DNA from: an uncultured Verrucomicrobiae bacterium
GTDB taxonomy: Bacteria; Verrucomicrobiota; Verrucomicrobiia; Chthoniobacterales; UBA10450
Assembly: GCA_963772365.1 (NCBI GenBank)
Contig: CAVYXA010000001.1
Coordinates: forward strand, 480,001 to 544,000
Length of the DNA: 64,000 bases
Direction of reading: 5' to 3'
In this document: piece by piece, positions 1 through 10,294 of the stretch
How positions within the stretch are numbered: the stretch's first letter is position 1
How the letters are laid out: every line of letters starts with the position of its first letter
The notes under the pieces: model-generated
The model's input: only the letters and a program-made list of their open reading frames with translations
Databases searched by the model: none
What the model was told of the DNA's origin: nothing
Position numbers and translations under genes: made by a program

Positions 1-1
1 T

Positions 2-2065
2 GCCGGAGAAGATCGGACTACCGGCGACAGTTCCTGTCCCGCTGGTAACAGCGGCGTTGCCGCTAACAACTGGGTTCGAGAAAGTGAAGACAAGTGTGTG
101 ATTACCTCCGCTGCTGCGACATTCCACTCCAGGCGACCCGGAAAGCGGAAGATCGACATCGAATGTGCCCGCGGGGCCGTGCGTCTTGCGCGAGACGACA
201 CTCGCCAGCTGCAGTGGATTACACGCCGCCGGTGCCATGATCGGCACAGTGATTGGGCTTCCGGTTTTAAGGAAGCCAACCGTCGCATCGGCATTCTGCG
301 GTGGTTGATTGGAGTCAAAGCGGAAATTGTACAACGTGCCAAATCGGATCGCATTAGCGTTCGGACTTTGCGCTAACGTTTCACAGTTCCAGGTGAGTGC
401 GTTAGGCGTTTGATTCGATGCCCAGGGAGCATTGCTGAATCCGGCATCTCCCGCTGTTCCGTCGTTGGGGAATCCGGGATGATTGGGCGGAGCGTGAAAT
501 CCGACATTGCTTATTGTCGCTCCACAACCCAACGGCACACTGAACGATTGGATGGATCGGTCGAGATTCTGATTGTGAATAGCGTATTCGTAATGCCAGA
601 CGCCAGATGACGGATTGCTGACTTTGTAAACAACGAATGCGCGGCCATCGACTCCGGGATCGGGTTCGATAACGGCGGTGAACGAACCGATCCACGCGTC
701 GGTGGCAGGTTTCATCCGCACGGCTGGGCCAGCAGGAGTGAAGGTGAAAGTGGACGTGCCGCTGACGTTGTAAGGTCGATAGGACGCGTTGTTATACATG
801 TTGCATTCGCCGGGGTGCGACTGGCACCAGGCGTACTCCTGAGGAGTATCGTATTGCGCTTCGGCATAGTAAGTAGCGCCTGTGTTCAAAGTTGTATTCA
901 GATCGCTCATTGCGACCAAAACTCGATGAGATGTCCCGGTGTGAACGTGACCGCTATGATTCCTGGCATTAGAAGGAAAGATCCCGGTGAAAGGGTTTAC
1001 CCAAGCTCGTGAGCCGAGCAGACTCTGAGTCGCATTTTCGCTGGCACTGTAAGGATCCGAACAGCCGACGCCAAGCTTGGTGAAATCGGGGTAGGGTGTG
1101 CAGCCGTAGCTGCAGTCGTCAAATTGATCGGCCCCGAATGTGTGTTTCACCCAGGATTGACCGATTTGCTCAAATCGGTCGTTGTTGTTCGAGCCGCCGC
1201 TCATACGATAAATGTTTTGTGATACAACGGAGTGATCGGTATTTGGCAGCTGGAAAAAATCGACTGGCTGGTCACCGTTGTTGCAAGAAATTGTTCCAAT
1301 TCCCAAACCTACTTGTGTTCCAGCGCTTCCCGATTGGACGATTGCCGGCATATCTCCCACGACAATGTCCGGTCCGTGAACCGAGGCCGGAATACCTGGA
1401 ATCGGGCCGCTTCGTGCGGGTAATATCGACGATTTAATCGCACCATTAGCGACGGTAATGACAGCGATTGGGCTAAGGATGGCATTTACAGTGATATGCC
1501 CTGCAATCGTTCCAGCGGCTGCTGGTTGCCCAAGTGTCTGGGCAAGCTGTTGCGAAATGAGAAGTTTTCCAGGTGTGATGCTGAATGAACGGTCATCAGC
1601 GTTGTAAGAATAGCTTTGTCCGTCGATGTTAAACAGAATCAAACCAGTTTGGGCGTCGCGCAGAACCAGATCGAACTGATCTGCCGGAGGGACTCTGTCG
1701 ATGGTAAGTCGGTGAAGCGAACTGTTCAGTGGTTCCGGGATGTCTCGGGTGTTCTCCCAGACCAAAATTAGAGTGCCGGTCTCCGGGCCGCGGAGGATAT
1801 GATTGAAAACTCGAAGAGTGAAGAACGAGTTCGCGCCGATTCTGAAACGGAGATTCTCTAATTGCGATTGCTCAGGGTGGCCGGGCGCCAGCCGATTCCG
1901 ATCGAGATCCAGAAAGACGGTGCCGTTTGTGACGAGCATTCGTTCGAGAGTGCCCGTCTGCCCTTCCGTTTTTTGATGTTCCATCTCTACTCCGAAATTT
2001 TGTCTGCTGGCGGTCGACAACAATATTATCGAAAGCGCAATGCGAGTAAGGGTTGTCTGTCTCAT
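2..2065 (-). CDS. Secreted Cys/His-rich protein, paralog 1 of tandem array (3' end runs off the window)
   Basis: Absent from the ORF track because its stop lies outside the window. Manual translation from ATG 2065 gives MRQTTLTRIALSIILLS...GPDIVVGD...CNNG...RFEQIGQSWVKH...GCSDPY, and the window edge is still in this frame; colinear with 2252..4591. Confidence 0.85.
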   Translation of the reverse strand, partial: MRQTTLTRIALSIILLSTASRQNFGVEMEHQKTEGQTGTLERMLVTNGTVFLDLDRNRLAPGHPEQSQLENLRFRIGANSFFTLRVFNHILRGPETGTLILVWENTRDIPEPLNSSLHRLTIDRVPPADQFDLVLRDAQTGLILFNIDGQSYSYNADDRSFSITPGKLLISQQLAQTLGQPAAAGTIAGHITVNAILSPIAVITVANGAIKSSILPARSGPIPGIPASVHGPDIVVGDMPAIVQSGSAGTQVGLGIGTISCNNGDQPVDFFQLPNTDHSVVSQNIYRMSGGSNNNDRFEQIGQSWVKHTFGADQFDDCSYGCTPYPDFTKLGVGCSDPYSASENATQSLLGSRAWVNPFTGIFPSNARNHSGHVHTGTSHRVLVAMSDLNTTLNTGATYYAEAQYDTPQEYAWCQSHPGECNMYNNASYRPYNVSGTSTFTFTPAGPAVRMKPATDAWIGSFTAVIEPDPGVDGRAFVVYKVSNPSSGVWHYEYAIHNQNLDRSIQSFSVPLGCGATISNVGFHAPPNHPGFPNDGTAGDAGFSNAPWASNQTPNALTWNCETLAQSPNANAIRFGTLYNFRFDSNQPPQNADATVGFLKTGSPITVPIMAPAACNPLQLASVVSRKTHGPAGTFDVDLPLSGSPGVECRSSGGNHTLVFTFSNPVVSGNAAVTSGTGTVAGSPIFSG

Positions 2066-2166
2066 TCTGTTCTCTTTCCTATGTTTTAAGTTGCGGCAAC
2101 GGTCCAAAGGTAAGGCCGTGAATTGTTTACCAGGGCTAATTGGAAAAGAGGAGTTTTTTTTCACGC

Positions 2167-2202
2167 AAAAAAAAGCGGAGCGCTTTCACAAGCGCCCCGC
2201 TT
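2167..2202 (-). terminator. Rho-independent terminator
   Basis: Minus strand AAGCGGGGCGCTT-GTGA-AAGCGCTCCGCTT followed by a T run, just downstream of 2252..4591. Confidence 0.75.
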
Positions 2203-2251
2203 CGCGACAGCCGTTCTTTTGGCGTGCCTGAACCAGATAGATCAAATGCAG

Positions 2252-4591
2252 TTATGGCACAGAATGACCGATGTTGACTTTTACCTGAGTGACATCGGTG
2301 GAATTGATATCTCCGCTGACGTTGATGTCGTTGCGGAAATTGCTCGAAGAAACCGCGGCGCCCACCTGCCCTTTTGTCTGGGCTACGTCTGTTGAATTGA
2401 CACTTTGATTGGCGCTGGTATCAGCGATCAGCATGACTGCGTTCACCGCGGTATCGGGCAATGTTTGACCAAATGTATCCATGACGTTGCTGGCTGTGAC
2501 TGTGATCTCTTGCTGGTCAGTAACCCCTGTCAGATTCACCGTCATCGTGTTGCCGGAAATAACGGGACTACCCGAGACGGTCCCCGTGCCAGCAGTGACG
2601 CTGGCGTCGCCACTGACGATCGGGTTACTGAAAGTGAACACAAGGGTGTGATTGCCACTGCTGCTGCGGCATTCCACTCCGGTTGATCCGGACAGCGGAA
2701 GATCGACATCGAACACGCCCGCAGCGCCGTGGGTCTTGCGCGAAACCACACTGGCCAGTTGCAATGGGTTGCATGCCAGCGGCGCCATGATTGGCACAGT
2801 AATTGGATCTCCATTCTTGAAGAAACCGATGGTCGCATTGGCCTCGTGTGGTGGTTGATCGGAGTCAAACCGGAAGTTGTAGAGTGTGCCCCAGCGGATT
2901 GCATTGGCATTTTGGTTTTGGGCAAATGTTTCGCAACTCCAGGTTACATCACTCGACGTCTGGGCAGGCGTCCATGGCGTACTGCTAAATCCCGCATTGT
3001 TTTGGGTTCCATCGTTTGTCCAGCCGGGGTGCTGTGGCGGAGCATGAAAGCCGAGATTGCTCACTGCGGCGCAAACCGTCGGCACGCTGAAGGACTGGAT
3101 CGCGCGATCGAGATTCTCGTTGTAAAGGGCATACTCGTAATGCCAGGTGCCAGCGGACGGATTGCTCACCTTGTAGGCAAGCATGCCGATTCCGTCATTA
3201 CCAGGGTCCGGCTCGAACGTATTAAAGTTCGCACCGGTCCAGGCGTTAATACCAGGACGCTGCCGCACCGTCGCGGCTACGGGATTAAACGTGAAGAACG
3301 TAGTTCCCACCGGGGTAAACTGCCGATAAGAAACGTTGTTATACATATTGCATTGGCCGGGATGGGCCTGACACCATGCGAATTCGTGTGGGGTGACGTA
3401 CTGACCTTCGGCAAAGTAGGTTGCGCCCGGATTCTGCGCGGGATCCAGATCGGAGATGGCAACAATCACCCGGTGCGATAAGCCGTTATGTGAGTGACCG
3501 GAATGGTTTGCCGGGCTGGGCGAACCTGGGAATGCACCGGTAAATGGATTGACCCACGCGCGAGAGCCAAGACCGCCCTGGCTGTAATTCAGACTCGCCA
3601 CATACGGATCGGAGCAGCCGGAACCGAGATGAGTTCCGCCCACACCGTTGCATCCGTAGCCGCAGACGTTTTGCGTGAGAGCGGTAAACGCGTGCTTGAG
3701 CCACGATTCACCGATCTGCTCAAAGCGCTCTGTGTTATCCGCCCCGCCGCTCATTCGATAAAGGTTTTGCGGAATCACCGGGTGATCATTGTTTGGCAAT
3801 TGGAACCAATCCAAATTCTCCGTCCCCGCATTACACGAAGTCGTGCCCACCCCCAATCCAACGAAACTGCCGACAGTTCCGTTGCTAGGCTCTTCGACCC
3901 CAGAAATATCCCCGACGATCACATCCGGCCCTGGAACATTACCGACCGCAGGCTGGCGCAAGGCCGGCATTCGTGCTGACTGCACGACGCCGTTCACGAC
4001 GCGATCAACTTCAATCGGATACACAGTTGCTCTAATCGAAATGTTACCCGCAACTGCGCCAGCAACAGAAGCGCGACCCAGCTGTTGAGCAAGCTCATGC
4101 GAAACCACGAGTCGGCCACCGGTAATGCTAAGCAGGTGTTGACCGGCATCGTATTTATAGTCGTGTCCCTCGATATTAAACAGCGTCGAACCATTTCGGC
4201 TATCGCGAATGGCAAGATCGAAATCATCGGATGGACCCATCTTCTGAATCGCCAGATGACTGAATGAGTCGGCCAAGGCTGTGGGAAGTGCCTTGGAATT
4301 TTGCGGCGTCAGGTTCATTGCACTCGGCTCCGGGCCGCGCAATTGATTGTTGGTGACCAGCAGAGTGAAGAATGAATCAGGCGAGACGGTAAAGCCCACG
4401 GCTTTGGTCGAAACGCCGAGCGCCTTTGAATCGAGATGCATTTCCACGGTTCCATTGCCGACGATCATTCGCTCGATGGTGACGGTTCCGTTGCCGGTTT
4501 TCTGGTTTGATTCAGCTTTTGAAGCCTCCGTGCTGTTACAGAAAAGCAGCAGCAGTGGAAGTGTGAAGTAGGTGGACAGTTTCTTTGACAT
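2252..4591 (-). CDS. Secreted Cys/His-rich protein with C-terminal Ig-like and dockerin-like module, paralog 2
   Basis: 779 aa; signal-peptide-like N-terminus; C-terminal VSRKTHG...GVECR...DTSANQSVNSTD...NDINVSGDINSTD duplicated Ca-loop-like motif. Confidence 0.85.
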   Translation of the reverse strand: MSKKLSTYFTLPLLLLFCNSTEASKAESNQKTGNGTVTIERMIVGNGTVEMHLDSKALGVSTKAVGFTVSPDSFFTLLVTNNQLRGPEPSAMNLTPQNSKALPTALADSFSHLAIQKMGPSDDFDLAIRDSRNGSTLFNIEGHDYKYDAGQHLLSITGGRLVVSHELAQQLGRASVAGAVAGNISIRATVYPIEVDRVVNGVVQSARMPALRQPAVGNVPGPDVIVGDISGVEEPSNGTVGSFVGLGVGTTSCNAGTENLDWFQLPNNDHPVIPQNLYRMSGGADNTERFEQIGESWLKHAFTALTQNVCGYGCNGVGGTHLGSGCSDPYVASLNYSQGGLGSRAWVNPFTGAFPGSPSPANHSGHSHNGLSHRVIVAISDLDPAQNPGATYFAEGQYVTPHEFAWCQAHPGQCNMYNNVSYRQFTPVGTTFFTFNPVAATVRQRPGINAWTGANFNTFEPDPGNDGIGMLAYKVSNPSAGTWHYEYALYNENLDRAIQSFSVPTVCAAVSNLGFHAPPQHPGWTNDGTQNNAGFSSTPWTPAQTSSDVTWSCETFAQNQNANAIRWGTLYNFRFDSDQPPHEANATIGFFKNGDPITVPIMAPLACNPLQLASVVSRKTHGAAGVFDVDLPLSGSTGVECRSSSGNHTLVFTFSNPIVSGDASVTAGTGTVSGSPVISGNTMTVNLTGVTDQQEITVTASNVMDTFGQTLPDTAVNAVMLIADTSANQSVNSTDVAQTKGQVGAAVSSSNFRNDINVSGDINSTDVTQVKVNIGHSVP

Positions 4592-4827
4592 TGTGATTTT
4601 GGTTCCTCCGAGTTTTTTAGCCTCAGCCCAAGGACGCCTTGCGTTGAGACCGAGGATTTATAAACACATTTTGTAAAAAAAGAGAGCTTTTTTTGGAATT
4701 ATTTTGGCCTGCAAGTTCAAACATTGAGGCTTCGGGGTCGAAATCCTCAGTGCGCGAAGCGACCGCCGCCGCACCAATAAAGCGGGGACAACGTTGGCCG
4801 TTTTTTAAATCGTGCGTCGGGAAGCGG

Positions 4828-7210
4828 TCACGGGACAAAGTGACCGATACTCACTTTCACCTGCGTGACATCGGTGGAATTGATATCTCCGCTGGTATTG
4901 ATGTCATTGCGGAAATTGCTCGAGTCGACCCCGGCGCCTACCTGACCTTTCACTTGCGCTACGTCTGAAGAATTGACTGTTCGATTGGCGCTGGTGTCCC
5001 CGATCAACATCACTGCATTCACAGTTGTGTTAGCCAGAGTTTGACCAAATGCGTCCATCACATTGCTGACCGTCACCGCGATCTGTTGCTGATCGATGAC
5101 GCCGGTCAGGTTCACCGTCATTGTGTTGCCAGAAAAAACCGGACTGCCTGAAAGGTTGCCGATGCCGCTGGTCACGGCGGCATTGCCACTCACGACGGGA
5201 TTGCTGAAAGTGAAGACGAAACTGTGATTGCCGCTGCTGCTGCGACATTCCACGCCCGTCGATCCAGATAGCGGAAGATCGACATCGAATGAACCAGCCG
5301 CGCCATGCGTCTTTCGCGAAACTACGCTGGTCAATTCCAGCGGATTACACGGATCATCCGGTGTCGGCACTTGCACCTGGACCATGATGTGCGAACCGGT
5401 TTTGAAAAAACCAATCGTCGCGTTCGCACTCGTGGGCGGCTTATTGCAATCAAACCGGAAATTGTACATCGTCCCGAAACGAATCGCATTCGCGTTCGGG
5501 TTCTGCGCGATTGTCTCGGTGCTCCAGGTTAGTGCTCCGCCTGCCTGGCTCGGTAGCCAGGGGAAGCTGCTATACCCCTGGTTGTTGAATGTTCCATCAT
5601 TTGCAAAGCCGGGATGCTGAGGCGGACAGTGAAACGCCACATTGCTCAGCGTCACACCGCAGCCTAACGGGATGCTCAAGGACTGGATCGCTCGATCTAG
5701 ATTTTCGTTATAGACCACATACTCGTAATGCCATGTTCCAGCCGAAGGATTACTCACTTTGAAGCCGACCACTCCGATCCCATCCGCGCCCGGCGCCGGT
5801 TCGAAAGTCCGCAATGTCGCTCCCGTCCAGGCTGCGATTGCGGGCTGCTCTCGCACGGTGGGACCGGCATTCGTAAAACTGAATGGCTGGTTGATCCCAA
5901 CTACATTATAACGGCGGTACGAAACATTGTCTGTACATATTGCACTGGCCGGGATGCGACTGGCACCAGGTGTATTCATGTGGAACGACGTATTGCGCTT
6001 CAGCGAAATATGTCGCTCCGGGATTCATCGACGCGTTCAAGTCGTTAACGTCAACCAGAATCCGGTGAGACGTGACGTCATGAACATGACCGCTGTGGTT
6101 GTTCGCTGTCGATCCGTTGAAATTGCCCGTGAACGGATTCACCCAGGCGCGTGACCCGATACCGGTTTGGCTGCCGTTCAAACCGCTGCCGTAGGCATCC
6201 GAGCAGCCGGAGCCAAGCTGACCGCCGCCCACGCCGTTGCATCCAAAACCGCATGTGTTTGAAGATGCTGCAGCAAATGCATGCTTGCCCCACGATTGGC
6301 CGATTTGCTCGAACTGCTGAGTGTTATCTGCGCCGCCACTCATTCGATAAAGATTCTGTGGAATAAAAGGATGGTCGTTGTTTGGCAGGGCGAACCAATC
6401 CGCATTCTCGGTTCCTTTGTTGCAGGCGTCGGTTCCCAGAGCGAGTCCGACACGACCGCCGACGGAACCCGTCTCAGATTGGTCCAACCCAATCAGCTCG
6501 CCAACGATGACGTCCGGACCGGGGACAGTGCCGACCGCAGGGTCATTCACCGGTGGCAGCGTAGCGGATTCCAGATGGCCATTCTCGTCAAGCTGCGCGA
6601 TCTCTGTGGTGTGCATGGTTCCGCTGACGGAGATCGTTCCAACTACCGTACCGGCATCCGCCGAACTGCCCAATTCGTCAGCAAATTGTGGCGAAAGCAG
6701 AAGCGTCGCACCACTGATGGTGAACAACTTTGCGTTGGCATCATAATCGTAATGCCCTCCTTCAATGGAAAAAAAGACGATTCCCGTTCCGCCATCGCGC
6801 ACTGTGAAATTTAACGATTCACTTGAATCAAGTTTTTCAATCATCAGATGGCTGAATGATTCGCTCAACAGAGAGGGAAAGCCTCGAAGGTTTCGTGATT
6901 GGGGGATGAGCGTCATCGAGCCGGGCTCAACACCGCGTAACAGGTCGTTAAAAACGAAAATTGGGAAGAAAGAATTGGCTCCTACTGCGAATCGCAGTGA
7001 TACGGTTCTCGGCGGGATCAAGCTAGATCCATTGAGCCGGTTCAAATCAAGTTCCATCGCAACGCTTCCGGTCGCGACGATCATTTTCTGCAATGTGCCG
7101 GATTTGCTATTCGCAGCTTTAGGTTCGGGACCTGCGACAGAGGTTGCCGAGCTATTGCAGAACAGCAAAACCAGTGGGAGCGCGAGATAAGTGAGCAGTT
7201 TGTTCGACAT
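4828..7210 (-). CDS. Secreted Cys/His-rich protein with dockerin-like tail, paralog 3 (one frameshift near 5931)
   Basis: ORFs 5906..7210 and 4828..5979 join if one base at ~5931 is removed, restoring the CNMYNNVSYR motif of paralog 2. Confidence 0.85.
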
Positions 7211-7318
7211 TGTTTTCTAATCCTCCGATTCGTTGAACTTCAACAAAAGCTTGTGAAAAGCTGATCTCGTTTGTTACAGCCTCACCAAAAAAAGTAGAGC
7301 CCTTTTTTTATCGGTTTT

Positions 7319-9271
7319 TTGTGCGATATGTTTCGCCCCCCACAATGGGCCGTCGCGCCCCCGAAAGCAGGGGATCTCGTGAAAAGTGGTTGCATCAGCC
7401 CCGAACTAAAGCGCTCGCCATCGAAACCGCGCTCCATCGTGAAAGGTAGTTTCGTTCCGAACACGATTCGTAAATCGAAAACGAGCCGCTGGCGGGCCGC
7501 TGCCCTGATTGCTCTGAACCTGTTGATGATTGGCCACTTCATCCAGTGGTACTTCGCGGGCAAGACAATCTCGCCGATCGAGCCATCCGAAACGATGCAG
7601 ACGCTGCAGCATGGCTTCGTCAATGCCGGGTTCATCTTCTTTACTCTCGCAATTCTCGCCACGCTGATTTTTGGGCGCTTCGTCTGCGGCTGGGGTTGTC
7701 ACATTCTGGCGCTGCAGGATCTTTGCGGCTGGCTCCTCAAAAAAATGGGCATGACGCCTAAACCGTTTCGCTCGCGGCTGCTGGTTTATGTTCCGTTGAT
7801 CGGCGCCTTATACATGTTTGTCTGGCCGACAGCTTATAGATTCTTCGCTGGGACAGAGGCTGGCCCGCTCATTCCAAAGTTCACCAATCATCTCGTCACC
7901 ACGAATTATTGGGAGACGTTTGCTACGGTCTCCGTCGCGATTCCTTTTCTGTTCGTTTGCGGATTCATGACGGTCAATTTTTTGGGGCAGAAAGGATTTT
8001 GCACTTACGCCTGTCCCTATGGCGGTTTCTTTGGGCTGGCCGATAAATTTTCGCCTGGAAAAATCCGTGTAACCGACGCCTGCAATCAATGCGGCCATTG
8101 CACTGCCACCTGCACATCGAACGTTCTTGTTCACGCTGAGGTGAAGCAGTTCAAGATGGTTGTCGATCCTGGCTGCATGAAATGTATGGATTGCGTCAGC
8201 GTTTGTCCAAATGACGCGTTGTACTTCGGTTTTGGGAAACCGAGTTTGCTGGCGCCAAAATCGAGCTCATTCAAACGATCCTATTCGTTAACCTGGCCGG
8301 AAGAAATCGTAGGCGCAGTCGTTTTCTTCGGAAGTTTTCTATCAGTTCGCGGCGTCTATTCTCTGGTTCCTTTTTTGATGGCGCTGGGCTGCGCCTCGGT
8401 CACGACCTTTCTCACTCTGAAGACGTGGCGGTTGATTCGAGACCGCGAGGTTTCGTTTTATCGATTCTGTTTGAAATCTTCCCGTGGAATCCAAAAAGCA
8501 GGATGGGGGTTTTCTGCTTTTGCGGTGGTCTGGATCGGATTGAACGTCCACAGCGGCTGGATCCGGTACAACGAGCATGAGGGCGACCGCGCATTTCGGC
8601 AGTTAAAAATTCCTGATGAGCTGGCGCTGGCGCAGCTAAATCCCAGCCGTTGGCTCGCTCCATCCGATCGCGAGAATATCCAGCAAGGAACACGATATCT
8701 GGAAACGGCGTTGAATTTTGGTCTGTTTAAGAACAGCGAAGGGCTTTCGAAACTTGCCTGGTTCCAATATCTTTCCGGCGACCCGGAACGCTGTTTGCAG
8801 TTGCTGGATCAAGCAGCGGGGCGCCAGCGAAGTCAGGGCAAAGCGTTGAGTCTGTATTATAGCGGGGCAATTCTCAATCGGCTGGGCCGCTACCAAGAAG
8901 CACTGACAAAACTCGATCAAGCTCTGGTTGCACGGGACGATCTCATCCTCGCACGCCAGGAAAAAGGCGAATCGCTATGGCAACTTGGGCGTAAACAAGA
9001 GGCCATTGCAGCTTGGGAAAATGCTCTGAAACAGAATTCCACGTTGCCCTTGGCCAATAACGAACTGGCCGGCGCTGAGCAGGCCCTTGGCAGATTTGAG
9101 GAAGCCGCCGTGCATGAACAACAGGCAGATCAGTTCACGCCTAATGATCCATACTTCCACTGGATGCTTGGTCAACGCCTTCGCGCTCTCGATATGACGG
9201 AGCTGGCCGAAAAACATTTTCAGCGGACTCGTCAGCTCGATCCTGGCTTGCAAAAAGGATCTAGTGAGTAG
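7319..9271 (+). CDS. Membrane 4Fe-4S binding protein (NapH/NosR/CcoG-like core) with C-terminal TPR repeats
   Basis: TM helices, GRFVCGWGCH and FCTYACPYG motifs, two CxxCxxCxxxC motifs, TPR-like helical C-terminus; exact start uncertain. Confidence 0.85.
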   Translation: MCDMFRPPQWAVAPPKAGDLVKSGCISPELKRSPSKPRSIVKGSFVPNTIRKSKTSRWRAAALIALNLLMIGHFIQWYFAGKTISPIEPSETMQTLQHGFVNAGFIFFTLAILATLIFGRFVCGWGCHILALQDLCGWLLKKMGMTPKPFRSRLLVYVPLIGALYMFVWPTAYRFFAGTEAGPLIPKFTNHLVTTNYWETFATVSVAIPFLFVCGFMTVNFLGQKGFCTYACPYGGFFGLADKFSPGKIRVTDACNQCGHCTATCTSNVLVHAEVKQFKMVVDPGCMKCMDCVSVCPNDALYFGFGKPSLLAPKSSSFKRSYSLTWPEEIVGAVVFFGSFLSVRGVYSLVPFLMALGCASVTTFLTLKTWRLIRDREVSFYRFCLKSSRGIQKAGWGFSAFAVVWIGLNVHSGWIRYNEHEGDRAFRQLKIPDELALAQLNPSRWLAPSDRENIQQGTRYLETALNFGLFKNSEGLSKLAWFQYLSGDPERCLQLLDQAAGRQRSQGKALSLYYSGAILNRLGRYQEALTKLDQALVARDDLILARQEKGESLWQLGRKQEAIAAWENALKQNSTLPLANNELAGAEQALGRFEEAAVHEQQADQFTPNDPYFHWMLGQRLRALDMTELAEKHFQRTRQLDPGLQKGSSE

Positions 9272-10277
9272 TGGAAAGCAGCAGACGCGAAAGGGTAACG
9301 CGCCCGCCGAATTCGGTATAAGCGAAAACACCTGGTTGCGGTGAAAACGCAATCGAATGGACATCGTTGTCCTTGGGGAACAAGGCCAGGCTGTGGCCGT
9401 CCCGGGCGCTCCAGAATTGAAGCGCGCCTAATCCATTCCCACGACCATATCCGGCGGCAATAACGGAGCCATCGCGCGAGAAGGCGACTGTCGGGTATTC
9501 GAAGCTTGTCTGAATATTCAGGAATATGAGCAATTCTCCATCGGCGACCCGCCAGACCTTCACCGCATTTTCCGACTGTACCGTGCCGGCAATCAAATTG
9601 CCGTTGGGCGAAAATGCGATCGAATTAACTTCGGCGTTTGGAATTCTCAGTAATAGCACGCCATCCGCAGCACGTCGCAGTTTTACTCCGTAGATGTCGC
9701 CCGACCCAATCAATTGGCCATCCGGCGAGAAGGCGGAATCTTTTACACGCGGCGGGAGTCCGGGACTCTGCGGATCGTCATTCGGAATGGTCCTGATCAG
9801 CGCCAGATCCGGCACATGCCACAATTTGATCTCCCTCGAGTATCTGCCCGATGTAACCAAATACTGGCCATCGGATGAAAGGCTCACGCTGTTGGTCCCA
9901 TTCGTATGCGCGGCGAGTCTCAGAAGACGGACGCCATCCGATACTCGCCACAAATTCAAACTGTATGTCGATCCTCCGCCGCCGGTGCCGTTGATCAAGT
10001 ATTGATCGTCCAGGGTAAAAACCAGATCGTTGGTCGTGTTATGACTCGCGGTGAAGGAGCGGATCAAGCTGCCGTCAATAGCGCGTAGAAAATCCGACGT
10101 ATTACTGTCTTCTCTGCCCAGGGCAAGGATCGATCCATCGCTTGAGAACGCGACGTTGAGCAATGGATCGGCATCCTGCTTCGACCAGATCACTCTTTCG
10201 CTTTGCGCCTGGACCGTGCCGGCAGCAACAATCCACGCCAATACAACCAAATGACTAATATTCCTTTTCATAATCAC
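9261..10277 (-). CDS. Secreted WD40-repeat beta-propeller protein
   Basis: Signal peptide; repeated (V/I)AFSxDG...(L/V)W motifs. Confidence 0.85.
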   Translation of the reverse strand: MIMKRNISHLVVLAWIVAAGTVQAQSERVIWSKQDADPLLNVAFSSDGSILALGREDSNTSDFLRAIDGSLIRSFTASHNTTNDLVFTLDDQYLINGTGGGGSTYSLNLWRVSDGVRLLRLAAHTNGTNSVSLSSDGQYLVTSGRYSREIKLWHVPDLALIRTIPNDDPQSPGLPPRVKDSAFSPDGQLIGSGDIYGVKLRRAADGVLLLRIPNAEVNSIAFSPNGNLIAGTVQSENAVKVWRVADGELLIFLNIQTSFEYPTVAFSRDGSVIAAGYGRGNGLGALQFWSARDGHSLALFPKDNDVHSIAFSPQPGVFAYTEFGGRVTLSRLLLSTTH

Positions 10278-10294
10278 ATCTCCTCCGTCACAAT

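Noticed and set aside
5906..5979. Split of paralog 3 into two genes
   Set aside because: One extra base at ~5931 breaks a motif that is intact in paralog 2; likely a sequencing error
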